Assembly: GCF_000143415.4 (NCBI RefSeq)
Contig: NW_003314315.1
Location: 620,001 to 684,000, forward strand
From: Selaginella moellendorffii
Lineage: Eukaryota; Plantae; Lycopodiophyta
Direction: 5' to 3'
Length of the DNA stretch: 64,000 nucleotides
Every line of letters starts with the position of its first letter. Within the stretch, counting starts at the first letter, position 1. Below the pieces are notes generated by a model that saw only the letters and a list, made by a program, of their open reading frames with translations, had not been told where the DNA came from and made no database searches. Position numbers and translations under genes: made by a program. Of the stretch, positions 25,503 to 37,599 are shown piece by piece.

Positions 25503-27682
25503 ATGGCTAGCATCATCCGTCGGAGTGTGCCGCCGTCGTCTCCGCCTCGTCGGGCGCCGCCTCCAGCTGCGCACAGGAGCGTGCATCCGCCTCGTCCGGG
25601 CGCGACGCCGCCCAAAACGAGAGCGCCACCACCAGGTAGGAGCATGCCGCCGCCCAAACCATCTCCAAGGAGGGCGAGAGGAGCTCCGCCACCTCACAGC
25701 AGCGCCCACGGTCAGGCACCTTCACCAGCACCAGCAGAGCAACACCATGGAGCAGCAAAGCAGCACAGCCACGGAGGAGCACCACCTCCAAAGCAGGACA
25801 GCCATGGAGCACCACCATCTCCACCAACAAGCCACGGAGCAGCAAAGCAGCACCAGCACAGTCCGCCACCTCCACCAACAGGCCACGGAGCAGCAAAGCA
25901 GCACCAGCACAGTCCACCACCTCCACCGCCAGGCCACGGAGCAGCAAAGCAGCACCAGCACAGTCCGCCACCTCCACCAGCAAGCCACGGAGCAGCAAAG
26001 CAGCACCATCACAGTCCGCCACCTCCACCACCAAGCCACGGAGCACCAAAGCAGCACCAGCACAGTCCGCCACCTCCACCAGCAGGCCACGAAGCAGCAA
26101 AGCAGCACCAGCACAGTCCGCCACCTCCACCAACAGGCCACGGAGCAGCAAAGCAGCACCAGCACAGTCCACCACCTCCACCGCCAGGCCACGGAGCAGC
26201 AAAGCAGCACCAGCACAGTCCGCCACCTCCACCAGCAAGCCACGGAGCAGCAAAGCAGCACCATCACAGTCCGCCACCTCCACCACCAAGCCACGGAGCA
26301 CCAAAGCAGCACCAGCACAGTCCGCCACCTCCACCAGCAGGCCACGAAGCAGCAAAGCAGCACCAGCACAGTCCGCCACCTCCACCAACAAGCCATGGAT
26401 CAAAGCAGCACAGCCACGGAGGAGGAGGAGCAAAGCAGCACCCACCTCCACCAGCAAAGCAGCATACAGGGCCGCCACCTTCTTCCGGGACAACCACTTG
26501 GCGACCAAGGAGGTTTGGGCCGCCGCCACCTCCACCAGCAAAGAAGCATACAGGGCCTGGGACAACCACTTGGTGGCCAAGGCCCGCTCATGACACGATA
26601 ACATGGCAACCAGGGTCGCCTGTCTTTCACATGTTTTCATCGCCGCCTCCGCCTGGCCCCTTGTCTATTGCTCCGCCTCTGGGGTCGTCATCATCAACAG
26701 CAGCAGCAGCAGCGGCAGCATTTGCGACACCGGGGCTGCTTGCGGCAGGCATCGTTCTTTTCCTGCTTGCTATGGTGGCCATCGTCACCGGCATCTGGAT
26801 ACTCGTGAAGGGAAGAAGAAAGAAGGCGAATGACATCCTGGTGCGCTACGTCTGGAGCAGCCATCTTCCTGGCAGTGGCAGCAACAGCAGCAGTCAGCGA
26901 GAGTATCTCGTTCCCTTGAGCAAGATTGAGGACGCAGAGCTCCGGAACAAGCTCGACTCTTTCGTTCAAGAGAGGAGCAAGCAGCAGCGTCGACCGTCGC
27001 AGCTAAATGCCAGCACAAAGGTGGCCAGTCCTCCACTCGCGAGGCCTCCAAGCCGACTGCCACCTTCGGCTTTTCTCAAGATGAATCCAATCTATGGTGC
27101 TGCTACCGATTCGGTTGCCGACCGCCTGACACCGCCATTGGGACGAGATCCACCAGCAGCGATCCACGGAGTCGACGAGCACAAGAAGGTGCCAAGAGCT
27201 TCTCTTCCGGAGGATCCATTCTTGTCGAGTGCTGCTCGTCGGAGCGGCAATGATCGAAGAGCCCAGGAACAGGCTGTGGATCCAGTGTCTCGCCGTGGCA
27301 CTGTGTTCGATCCTGGGGATGCTTTCGTTGCTCGGCTCGCGGCAGCAGCAGAGGAGCGACCTGAGATGGAGAAGCACATGCAAAGGATCATCGAGTTTGG
27401 GATGAGGAAGCCCCGCAACAAGCACTCCCACAGGTAAGTCTTCATGCTTGAGAGATAGAACAAGGGACTAAGGAGCACTTTTAGGATCCGTGAGGTGGAG
27501 AATCTGGAGAAGCCCGTGGTTGAGGCAAATCACTCGGCCAATTCTGGAAGTTCGCATTTGGCTGCTCGTGTACACGACTCAGATGCCAAGGTAAACAGTC
27601 TCCATGCCTCGGGTTGAAGTCTAACTTCTGTTTGAACTAGCCTTCCACCTCGGAGGTTAAGCTTGAGCTCGACGGAGCTTAA
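25503..27682 (+). CDS. His/Pro-rich extensin-like single-pass membrane protein
   Basis: Long first exon with 11 HGAAKQHQHSPPPPP repeats, a TM helix followed by KGRRKK, and a cytosolic tail. A GT donor at 27434 suggests small downstream exons, so the 3' end is approximate. Confidence 0.7.
25832..26398 (+). repeat. coding 51-bp tandem repeat x11 with 255-bp higher-order duplication
   Basis: Unit variants ending TG, PG, AS, PS, AG recur in the same order twice. Confidence 0.9.
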
Positions 27683-27839
27683 AGCGAAAGGAGGTACGCT
27701 TTTCGGTCGTTTTGGACTGATGATACGCTTGAGGTTGCAGGCACAGAATGAAGATTCATGAAACAAATTACTTCGGTTTTCTTAAACCGCAACAAGAAAA
27801 GGCAGGTCCATGGTAAATTATAACAGATGGAGAAGTCTG

Positions 27840-28065
27840 GAGACATTTGAATTAGGAGAAGGCAACGAGACAACTGCTCTTCATTAAGACAACAGAGAGA
27901 CATTGAATTGGGAGATAATATTGCAAGTCTCAAACAAGGCAACGAGACAACTGCTCTTCATTAAGACAGCAGAGAGACATTAAATTAGGAAATTATGATT
28001 TGCAAATCTCAAACAAGGCAACGAGACAACAGCTCTTCATGAAGACAACAGAGAGACATAGAATT
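27840..28065. repeat. ~79 bp tandem repeat x3
   Basis: ggcaacgagacaactgctcttcattaagacaacagagagacat repeated at ~27861, ~27938 and ~28017. Confidence 0.85.
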
Positions 28066-28506
28066 TTCTTGTTCCTGTTTTTAAAAAATTTAAACTTTCG
28101 AAACGATTTTACAACATTTCTTATCGTAAGTAGCGTGGACTGAGTAGTCAGCGTTAGTCCACACGTTCACATCGAAGCAGATCAAATGCTTATTAGAACA
28201 GGATTGAGTAGATTAGCTCACTTAGTCCAAACAGTCCACAACGAAAAGTAAACAGAGATCATTAGACCACACGCTCACAACGAAGGTAATAAATAGCAGA
28301 TCAAATGACACGATCGAGTAGATTAGCTCAGTAGATGCGTTGACCTGTAGTCAACGTTAGTCCAAACAGTAAAAGTAAACAGAAATAGTAACGAGCTCAT
28401 TAGAACAGTAATGAGATAGCGTTGACTGATAGTAGTCAGCGTTAGTCCACACGTTGACAACGAGCTTTACCACCCAAGAGTCATGGCGTGGTAATGAATG
28501 GATCAA

Positions 28507-31500
28507 TCAATCCACCATGGATAATGGATTGGAGGGCTTGAAAGCGAGGCTAGTCTCCGCCACCTTCTCTGCGAAAGAGTGCCTCAAACAAGCCGGGAGC
28601 TGCGCGCTTAGCTTGCCGCCCCCCATCTTGAGCTTGCCACTGCTGCTACTCTTGCTCACTCCTTGCGGCTTGGCATTGCTCGCGGGAGCCTGGGCTTTCC
28701 CCGTTTCCAAGACGCTAGCCTCGCTAGCTTTTTTCCGCTTCTTCGCATCCACCATCGCCTTTTCTTTCTCGTTCTCTTCTTCCTCCGGTTCCAGAGTCGT
28801 CGCAACCTCGTCAAGCTCGTCCACCCTCTCCCTGTTCTTGACGTTGTCCTCGCCCTTGATCTTCTCCTCGACGTTGCTATCTTCGGGCTCCTTCAAGTGG
28901 AGAAGCTTGTGGCCGCCCGACCCCGTCCAGATGCCTATAGAGTCTTTGAGCAGCTCCAGGAAAGTTTCCAGCTTCTTGAAGCCACACCCCGCGTGATCCA
29001 GTGCGTAGCCGTAGTGCTGCTGGAAGTCCCCCTTGAGCCTCGCCAGAGGATAGCCGGACTTGCAGCTCGGGATGCTCTCGAGCAGCAAAGCTTTGCAGTC
29101 GGCTCTCATCTTGGCTGGGAAGTCGACAGCAGCACCCTTTGGTGATGGCTGCTGCCTCGCTGCTGCTGCTGCCTCCACAGGAGCCTGTGCCAGGCTTTCC
29201 CTCTCCCTCGAGGCCGTCGAGGAGGCTTTCTTTGTCGCGGAAGTGAGCACTATATCTCCCGACTGGAGATGCTCGAGCCTGACGATATCGGAGAACTGCT
29301 CTAACAACGTACTCGTACTAGAGAAGCCAAGCTCGCTGGCCTCGAGCTTCAGCTTACACTCGGCTTCGAATTCCTTGCAAACGGATGCCAGGTCGCAGAC
29401 ACCCCTCCTGCCGATGAACAACGGCAGCCAGCCTCTTAGCCTGTGCATGATATCGCTCGTCCCTGGCGCCTTGTCCTTGTCTTTCTCCTTCTCCTTCGTC
29501 TTGACTTGCGTTACCACAGTCGTCCCGGGGGGATAAAGCTTGCAGAGACCAGGCCTGGGATACGATATCTGGACCACGTCCGGGAACTTCTTCATGAGAT
29601 CCAGCAACTTCGCATGGCCGAGAGCCTGGTGGTCGAGTGTCAAACCCCTCGCGGTCTTGAACTCCTGACGAACCAGCGATATGTCGTAGCCATCAACCGT
29701 GAGCACCGACGGCAGCCACGACTTGAGCTCCTTCACGACCGAAACCGGCGGCTCCTTGGCGATCTTGGCCGGGCTCTCGTAGTGCTGCTTTGCGACGCTC
29801 GCGACAGGAGCTACAACCTGGAGCTTGACTTCTGCCTGCTTCGTCACGTGTATAGCTGGTTCTTCCACGCATTTCTCTCGTTCTATCTGCGTCGGTCGAC
29901 TTGGAGGCTCTGGAGGATGACGCTGGGCCCGGGCTGGTGGTGGTGGCCCTTCCAAAGTCACAGGAACAGGCTTGGCGAGCACGTCAAGCGTCGTTTCTTC
30001 CAGAACTTTGTTGACTACGTCAATGGCTGTCCTCTCGTAGTTCACCAGCTCTTCCGAGACCGCAGACTGATGCACCACATCCACTGCCTTCTCTTCGAGT
30101 ACAGCAGTGCACGCAGGTCCTGCCATGGGGTTCCTGGAGATGGTGATCCCGAGAGGCGACCACGTTCGAGGATGTGGCTTTATCCATAGTCGAACGAGAA
30201 TGGCTAACTGGATGACGTTGTAGATTTGTGCTAGACTCAAGTCCGTGAGCCTACCAACGCGATGTGCTCTAAGGATCAATGCTGCATCATACCTGAAAGT
30301 CATTGAGACGAGTAAGAAAACCACTTGTTCAGCAAGGAGCAAAGACTTACTGGTTCGCGGCATTGATGAAAACATGCACCCTTTCGCTGCAAAGATAGCT
30401 CCGGAAGTCGCTCCAGATATCAGCATCGTACTCCTGGCACAGATTTGGGTCGACGTAAGGCCACAAATCGTAGCCAGCCGGCAGAAAAATCTCCTCGGCG
30501 CCACCAACACCAGCGTTTTTAATCGCCAGCTCTCCCAGCTTCACGCCTTCTTCCAGCGCTCTCCGCAAGTTAAAGCCCAGCGCCTGCTTCTCCCCGTAGA
30601 CAACGCAGTTGTAGATGTTGGCCTCGGTCGGGAGCATCATCTCGACCTTGAGCGTGTCCAGCACTCGCCTTATCAGCTCTCGACCGTAGTAGAAATCCTG
30701 CTCGCCACCAAAGTCCGGACCGCCAAACCACTGCGACCTCGCAGCTCCAAAACCCTCGGACGATCTCCCGGAGAAGCACTGCGGCGACGAAGGCCACTGG
30801 AGAAACAGCGGCCGGTTGATATCGTCCCTGGGAGCATACTGCTGCTGCAAAGGTGGCGGCTGCCGCATCTCGGCCATCATCTGGTGCCCCGGAGACCGGT
30901 AGCCTGGAACCATGAAAGGTGGCCGAGCTATCGGCCCGACGGCGTTCTCCATTCTACCACCACCATTGGGAGCGAGTGGCCTGGCACCGGGAGGAAGCCC
31001 GAAAGCCTTGACGTCCCTTGGAACTGATAAGTAGCTCACCTCGGCTCGAGCGAGGCGAGTCCAGTACCACACCGTCCGGGCCGAGTTGAGTAGCGACTCC
31101 GAGACGTGGACTCCCTCGGGCCGGACGAGAAGAACGTTGAATCGTTTCATCTGGAGCCTGTGGAGCAGCGGGGAGAAATCCTGGTCGCCGGAGATGAGCA
31201 CCACATTCGCTGGAGGAGGATTGTCGCTCGTCCAAAATGCCATGTTCATCAGGATCGCCTTGTCGCTCGCTTCCTTCCTCCCTGGAAGGAGAGAAAAATT
31301 CGATCATCCAAAGTCCAGCTCAAAGGATGCATACTCTCTCGTGAGAAAGAAAAGCACACAATCGCAGCTCAAGGAAGAAAGAAGAGATCAAGCTCATCCC
31401 ATGAGCCCTTTGCTCGAATGGAGCTCATAGAGAGATTCTCTGGCTCAAGCATCCTGGAAGTTCTTAGGTCCGAGAGAAATTTTGGAAGAATTCTCACTGC

Positions 31501-31737
31501 GAACTCACCCGATGGGATGTGATTGAGGGAGATTCCTGTGCTGGTGAGCGCGTTCTGGACGTGCCGGGTGAGCTGATACGTATCGCCGTAAGCCGAGATG
31601 GTGAGTGGGCCGAAGAAATTGAAGGCGTGGAGCACATTGCTGATGTTGCGCGCGATGTGGAAGGGATTCACATCCGCGGGCGGCCGGCAGTTCTCGATGT
31701 CCCACCACACCGATGTCTTGGCCACTGACGCCTCCAT
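28507..31737 (-). CDS. NYN-domain endoribonuclease with LOTUS/OST-HTH domains (MARF1/limkain-b1-like); exons 31737-31509, 31281-30351, 30292-28507
   Basis: SVWWDIENC, KEASDKAIL and LISGDQDF (NYN acidic residues); three LOTUS-like repeats (F..A.G..LDH..LG..KL..L). Confidence 0.9.
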
Positions 31738-31837
31738 TCCTCCCAGATCGAGCTTACCGCGCGCACCAGCAACACACTAGCGGCCTCCAAGAACCCTAGA
31801 AATGCCCCAGGAACCCTAAAATTTCGGCGCCTTGGTA

Positions 31838-33484
31838 TGGCCGGATCGAGCGATGGCGCCAGTCGCTGGATCGAGGCGAGCTCGCGTCTCAGCAGCAGCA
31901 GGCACAGTCTTGGATCGGCGAGGTGAGATCTAGCTTTTCTCTTGCGCTTTCTATGGTGGATGGATTTCTCGTTCCAGACAGGCGCCACAGCTTGCATTCT
32001 TCGTCCTGGGAAAGTTCTTGAGGCTGCTGTCAGTGTACGCGCTGTTCAAGTTCCTCTCGGCGAGAAATGGGACCGAATCGATCGTCGTCTTCACGTTTGT
32101 GTGCTCGCTCGCCTCTGGAGCACTCTTTTTGATCTTCCAGAGGCCTTGGCGTGGACGACCGCTCACAACTTCACAGGTTTGGGTCTCCACTTTCTTTCTT
32201 CCATTCTTTCTTCTTCTCTCGAGTCACTTCTTCGTGATGTGTGCTTTTTCTTCCAGGATTCTTTCTTTCTCTTTATCTCTCGAGTGACTTGTTTGTGATC
32301 CTTGCTTCGCAGATTTATCTAACAGCATTGAATGGGGGAGTTCTCGCTCTTGCGCTTCTTCTCTGGGGGAAGAGCTTACAAGCTTGCGGTCCAGTGAGGT
32401 TTCCCACTTTGCTTCTTCTTGTTCTTCCATGATCTTCCATGACGTTTTCTTCCAGGACAGTGCTGGCCGAGTACACAGGCGCGATGCTTGGAGCGGCATC
32501 GACGCTTGTTCTTGGCCGAGGCGGCCATAAGTGGAAGAAGGTGACAAGGTAACACCACTTCTTACAGCGATCTCACCTTAGAAATCTCTCCAGGGTGGTG
32601 GACTAGCGGCAATGCTGGTTGCGTTTTACGTTCTTTTCAGAGGATGGACGATTGCGTCCTTGTCCCCGTTCTATATCCTTTACACAATCGAAGCCATGGA
32701 TGGGATCATAACTTAACTCCTTCGCACCGGCTGGGAGCAGCGACAGTGACGAACAAGGCCGTGTTGGACTGGGCCCGATAACCATGTCCATCGCCGCTGG
32801 TACCCTTTTCGCTCTACGAAGAATAGTAGCTCGGCGTGTTTCGATCAAGGCAAGCTTCTTTGCATGGAGTTTTGAGATGTGAAACTAATGCTACTCGTTC
32901 TTTTGCCCAGGCTACAATGAAGAAGCGGCTACATTCCATAACAGTCGCTGCCGCGACTTGCTTCCTTTTTCCATTCGCGATGCTTCAGCTGTCTTTGGGG
33001 GTCTGTATATGTCTCGTTTGATCTTTTCTTTTTCTATATCATCCAGATCAATTCTTCTTAGCAGGAAACCTCCCCGACTACCGAAGCTCACGGATCACCG
33101 GCATGGGCTTACATGAGCACCATAGTGTTTGGAATGGTAGCTGGCTTTTACGTGGACAATTACGCTGAAGAAAGGTAAGAAATTTTGAGATTCTCCTTGC
33201 TTCTAATCTCTTTAATCCAGGTTGCATATACTTGCAACGTCGTCGGAGCATCTTCTCGTCACATCCGTGTTGCTAATAGTTCTCGAGCTCGTTATTTACC
33301 AGATGGATTTCTCGCTCGTGGGATTCTTGATTTGCTCCTCGCTTCTGGGACTCGGTATGCTTTTGTCTCGAGGAAAACATACCATTCTCTAAATTCTTCT
33401 CCTTGATCTTTCTCAGGTATATATGAATCCACTTCCTCGGAAAAGCTACCATCCGAGATTGTATCAAGCACACCTCCAATGTGA
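31838..33484 (+). CDS. multi-exon multipass membrane protein resembling the N-terminal membrane region of ZnT5/MTP12-type zinc transporters
   Basis: About 10 short GT/GC-AG exons encoding TM helices (LLSVYALFKFL, CGPVRTVLAEYTGA, KKRLHSITVAAATCFLFP, FYVDNYAEERL); no CDF core seen. Confidence 0.65.
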
Positions 33485-33570
33485 TCATAGCCAACGATTC
33501 TTTTCCATAGTTTCTCGTTAGCCACGTGGCATCTTGGTGGCATCCCCCTTGTTCTTTTTGAGAGAATGGA

Positions 33571-35463
33571 ATGGCGATGGTGGGATTGGAGTGGAGAAGT
33601 GGGATCTCTCAACGCAAGCACAGCGATCGAGAATGGGATCTTCGCGAGCAATGCGTGGAGCTCATGGGGAGCTGCCGATCGGCATCACAGGCATCAGAGA
33701 TTCACGGCCGAATCCAGCGCCTCTACGGCAGCCGCGACGTTTTCATGCAAAACAAGCTCATCGAGATGTATGGCAAATGCGGCAGCCTGGAGAACGCGCG
33801 CCAGATCTTCGACGCCATGCCCATGCACGATTCCTTCTCCTGGACGCTCATGCTCTGCGCGTACTCCCACAACGGCAAGCTCCACGACGCCCAGATCGTG
33901 TTCGACGCCACGCCCAGCGATCTCCACACGCTCGTCGCCTGGACTGCCATGATCGATGCGCTTGCCAAGAAGGGGCATCTGGCTCCCAGCAAGGAGCTCT
34001 TCGATCGCATGCCGCAGAGAAATCTCGTGTCCTGGAACTCGATGCTGGATGGATACACGCACAGCGGCCTCGCCACCCAAGCCAAGCAGCTGTTTGATCA
34101 AATGCCCGACAGGGATTTGCTCTCGTGGACTTCTCTCCTTGTTGCATATGCCCAAAGCGGGCATATGGACTCTGCAAAACGGACTTTTGATTCCATGCCC
34201 GGCCGGGATATCGTCGCTTGGAACACGATGCTGGTCTCGTTTTCACGCAACAATCAGCTCCAGAAAGCGGTATGGATCTTTGAGAAAATGCCGCAGTTTA
34301 ATGTTGTGTCTTGGAACGCAATGGTTGCAGCATATGCTCAAAACGGGCATTTGGATCAAGCAAAACAGGTCATGGAAAAGATGCCTCAGCCCAACCTTGT
34401 GTCATGCAACACACTTCTTGCAGCGTTTTCGTCCAGCGGAAGGGTGACGGAGGCGAAAGAAGTGTTTAACAGCGTTCCGGAGCGAGACCTGGCGTCTTGG
34501 TCCTCGATGCTTACGGCATATACGCACAATGGGCGCCTTGAGGAGGCAAAGTGTCTCTTTGACGAGATGCCGAGCCGGAGCTTGGTATCGTGGACGAGCA
34601 TGATGCTCGTCTACGGCCAGAATGGCCACCTGGACTACGCCAAATCAGTCTTTGACTCCATGCCCGAGCGCGATCTCGTCGCCTGGACGTCGATGCTTGC
34701 AGCGCTCGTTCACAATTCCCGATTCGATGACGCGCGGCTGCTCTTTGATTCCATGCCGCAGAAGGATCTCATCGCGTGGACGACGATGCTGCTGGGATAC
34801 ATCCAGGGTGGATTGATCTCCGAAGGAAAAGCGCTCTTTGACAGCATGCCAGAGAGAAATGCCACTGCTTGGAACTGTATGCTCGGAGTTTACGCTCAGA
34901 AGGGCCATCTCGCCAACGCCACCAAAATCTTCCAGGAAATTCCTCCTCAAGATCAAGGATTGATCTCCTGGAGTGCCATGCTCGCTGCTTACTGTCACCA
35001 CGGCCATTTCGAGCAGGGCTTTGAAGCATTCCAGGCGATGAAAATGGTGGTGGAATCCCCAGACGAGGTGTGCTTTACTTTGCTCCTCGTCGCGTGTAGC
35101 AGCCAGGGAGAGGTTTACACGGGAAGGTGTGTTTTCACGTCAATGAGCGTGGATTATGGAGTGGTGGCCGGGAAGCAGCACTATGCTTGCATGGTGGACT
35201 TGCTGGGACGTTCCGGGCATCTGAGAAGCGCCCGAGAGCTCATTGGCAGCATGCCGTTCGTGGAGGATGTTGTGGACTGGGTTTCCTTGCTGGGATGCTG
35301 CAAGAGATACAACGATTTGGAGCTGGGAAGTGTTGCCGCAAGGAGAATTCTCGAGCTCGACACTAAGTACGGTGCTACCTATGTGCTTGTAGCTAGCATC
35401 TTCGTGACAAACATGACTATGGGATTCAAAAGCAATGAAACTATCATGATAAACATGGTGTGA
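33571..35463 (+). CDS. PLS-class pentatricopeptide repeat protein, E subgroup (no DYW)
   Basis: Intronless 630-aa ORF with many 31-aa repeats (A..LFD.MP.RD..SWT.ML.AY), HYACMVDLLGRSG and a truncated E domain. Confidence 0.95.
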   Translation: MAMVGLEWRSGISQRKHSDREWDLREQCVELMGSCRSASQASEIHGRIQRLYGSRDVFMQNKLIEMYGKCGSLENARQIFDAMPMHDSFSWTLMLCAYSHNGKLHDAQIVFDATPSDLHTLVAWTAMIDALAKKGHLAPSKELFDRMPQRNLVSWNSMLDGYTHSGLATQAKQLFDQMPDRDLLSWTSLLVAYAQSGHMDSAKRTFDSMPGRDIVAWNTMLVSFSRNNQLQKAVWIFEKMPQFNVVSWNAMVAAYAQNGHLDQAKQVMEKMPQPNLVSCNTLLAAFSSSGRVTEAKEVFNSVPERDLASWSSMLTAYTHNGRLEEAKCLFDEMPSRSLVSWTSMMLVYGQNGHLDYAKSVFDSMPERDLVAWTSMLAALVHNSRFDDARLLFDSMPQKDLIAWTTMLLGYIQGGLISEGKALFDSMPERNATAWNCMLGVYAQKGHLANATKIFQEIPPQDQGLISWSAMLAAYCHHGHFEQGFEAFQAMKMVVESPDEVCFTLLLVACSSQGEVYTGRCVFTSMSVDYGVVAGKQHYACMVDLLGRSGHLRSARELIGSMPFVEDVVDWVSLLGCCKRYNDLELGSVAARRILELDTKYGATYVLVASIFVTNMTMGFKSNETIMINMV

Positions 35464-36253
35464 TTGGCAGAAATCACTGTCCACGAGTTTGCATCCGCCG
35501 CACGCTTTTGAAATTGGCGTTTGCCACCACCATGTGTAGGAGAACTCGAGGATCCCATACACCGAATCAAAGCGATCCATAGCTGTATGGCAATCCAAAT
35601 GGGCTGCTTGTTGGAGAGCGAGTGCTTGAACTTGATGCTCCTGGTAGTCCGCTGACGTGAGGCTTGACTCCCATTGCCCAGTCGTACATCTCATATGTAT
35701 CTTCTACTTTGTACCTCTCAGTGTTTGGATCCACGGCAATTTTTCCGTTTGGGAACCTGGGAAGACTTGGAAGGAAAATCCAGATCTTTTATATAATTGC
35801 AGCGTGGGCATCTATAATGTACCCAAGAACAAGTCCACAAGAGTGCGAAGATCCCAACTCGGTTCTCTTCAGTCAGGCTGATAGGAATGCCTCGAGCGTC
35901 CGAGCGGAGTGACCAGCTGAACTTGTACCCATAGCCCGCCAACTTCTTTGGAGTGGGAGTTGAACTACATGCATAAACGTGTTGGACGGAGTCTTGGGTC
36001 AGAAAACACAGCCAACGCTCCCTGTTGTACCGCTTCTCTCCACAGACTGCGGAAAACATCGTGGGCGTGTTCCATTGTTTGCATACATCTCTTCCTCGAA
36101 TCAAAGTTTGGACAAGATCGTGCAAAGCACTTGTCTCCCGGGGAAGAGGCGGCTGCCATGAGTTCAAAAAGTATAGCACAGGCAATTTTCCGGAGGAAGA
36201 ATAGTGAATTCAACATTGTTGACTTTTATTTGATTTTATTTGATTGAAGGATT

Positions 36254-36955
36254 CTACTTGGGTTCCCGCCATACTTCAGTTTGATAGTCAGTCTCCATCT
36301 GACAATGGCCAGCAGTAACCACACAATTTGGCTGATTTGGGCAGTAGTTGTTCCAAGAAAACAGAACCCACTTTCCAGTGGAATCAACCATCAGTAGATT
36401 TCCATCCATTTGGCTTGGCCTTCTCAAAAGTGTCACTTGCCCACACCACCTTGTTCACGTCTCTACGCAAATCATAGAGAACGAAGTTGCAATCTTGTTG
36501 CATAATTGCCCCGTACCTTCCATTAGGAGATACGAGCGTGCCATGCCTGCCAATGTATGAGCCCAAGGCAAAGTCGGCTCCTCCGATCATGTTGGATTGA
36601 GAAGGCCAGCAGTTTTTCCAGCAGTGGTAATGTCGAGGAGAGTGCGGTTAAAGTCACGAGAATGATCAAACACTGGCTCGTCTGGAAGGTCTTCTGTCAA
36701 TTCAAGAGACGAAGAAGCCATGGTCTCTGACCTTCCATACCCAGATACATAGTCAATGGCAAACATCTTCCAGACGCAGAGAATTCGGCCATAGCCTTTG
36801 CTCTCAATCTCCCGGGAGAGACCCAAGAATGCATTCACTAGTGCCTGGGAACTTATGAACTGGGAAGAATCTGGTGTGACATAGCACATTCCATCCGTGC
36901 ACGCTAAACAGCCTAAAACTCACCTTGAAGTTGAAATTTGATGTAGCCATGAATG
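36254..36955 (-). pseudogene. frameshifted paralog of the bulb-lectin gene at 44072-45100
   Basis: High DNA similarity, three broken frames, deletions and a 5' truncation. Confidence 0.85.
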
Positions 36956-37599
36956 TTGATGAGTAAGCACATTTCTATATTCCCTTTCCATATTCCAAGC
37001 ACTCACAAAGTTTATTTTAATTTTATTTTATTTTAAAATAATATGTATTGTTGTTTCCACATTATCATTTGTGAATAAAGTTTCAAATTCTTCATTCTCT
37101 TAAATTTTATTGTTGATATGTTCATTATAAAGAACATAAAAATAAATATATAAACTTAGATCTAACATATTACAATATACAAGAATAATATAATGACATT
37201 TTTTACTTTTTAAAGTATAACATAATATAATTATTAACATATAATATATACTTTAAAGTATTTCTTAAATGAATTTCTTAGAAAAACTTACAATTCACAT
37301 ATATAGCTTTGATTTACATTAATTTTAAGTTTGATATTTGTTGAGGATTTTTATGAGTGAGAATAATTTTCTTAAGTCTTCAAGAGGAGAGTTTTCTACA
37401 AAAATAATATGTTCTTAAGAATTGCATGTTTGGAATATATACATCTATAAAGATTTCTCTAAATAGCAAAATACAATACATCTTTATGAATATCTCCTTG
37501 TGTCATTTTGACATTGTAAGCATTGGTTTGTAGTCAAGCAAAGCCACAAAGGCTATAACAGGCAGCTTCTATTTAACTATTTATTAGAGCAAGAAAATA

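Noticed and set aside
25468-26640. Long alternative-frame and antisense ORFs over the extensin repeat
   Set aside because: Shadow frames of a stop-poor 51-bp repeat.
27840-28460. CRISPR-like repeat array
   Set aside because: The context is eukaryotic, the intervening sequences are homologous rather than unique spacers, and there are no cas genes.
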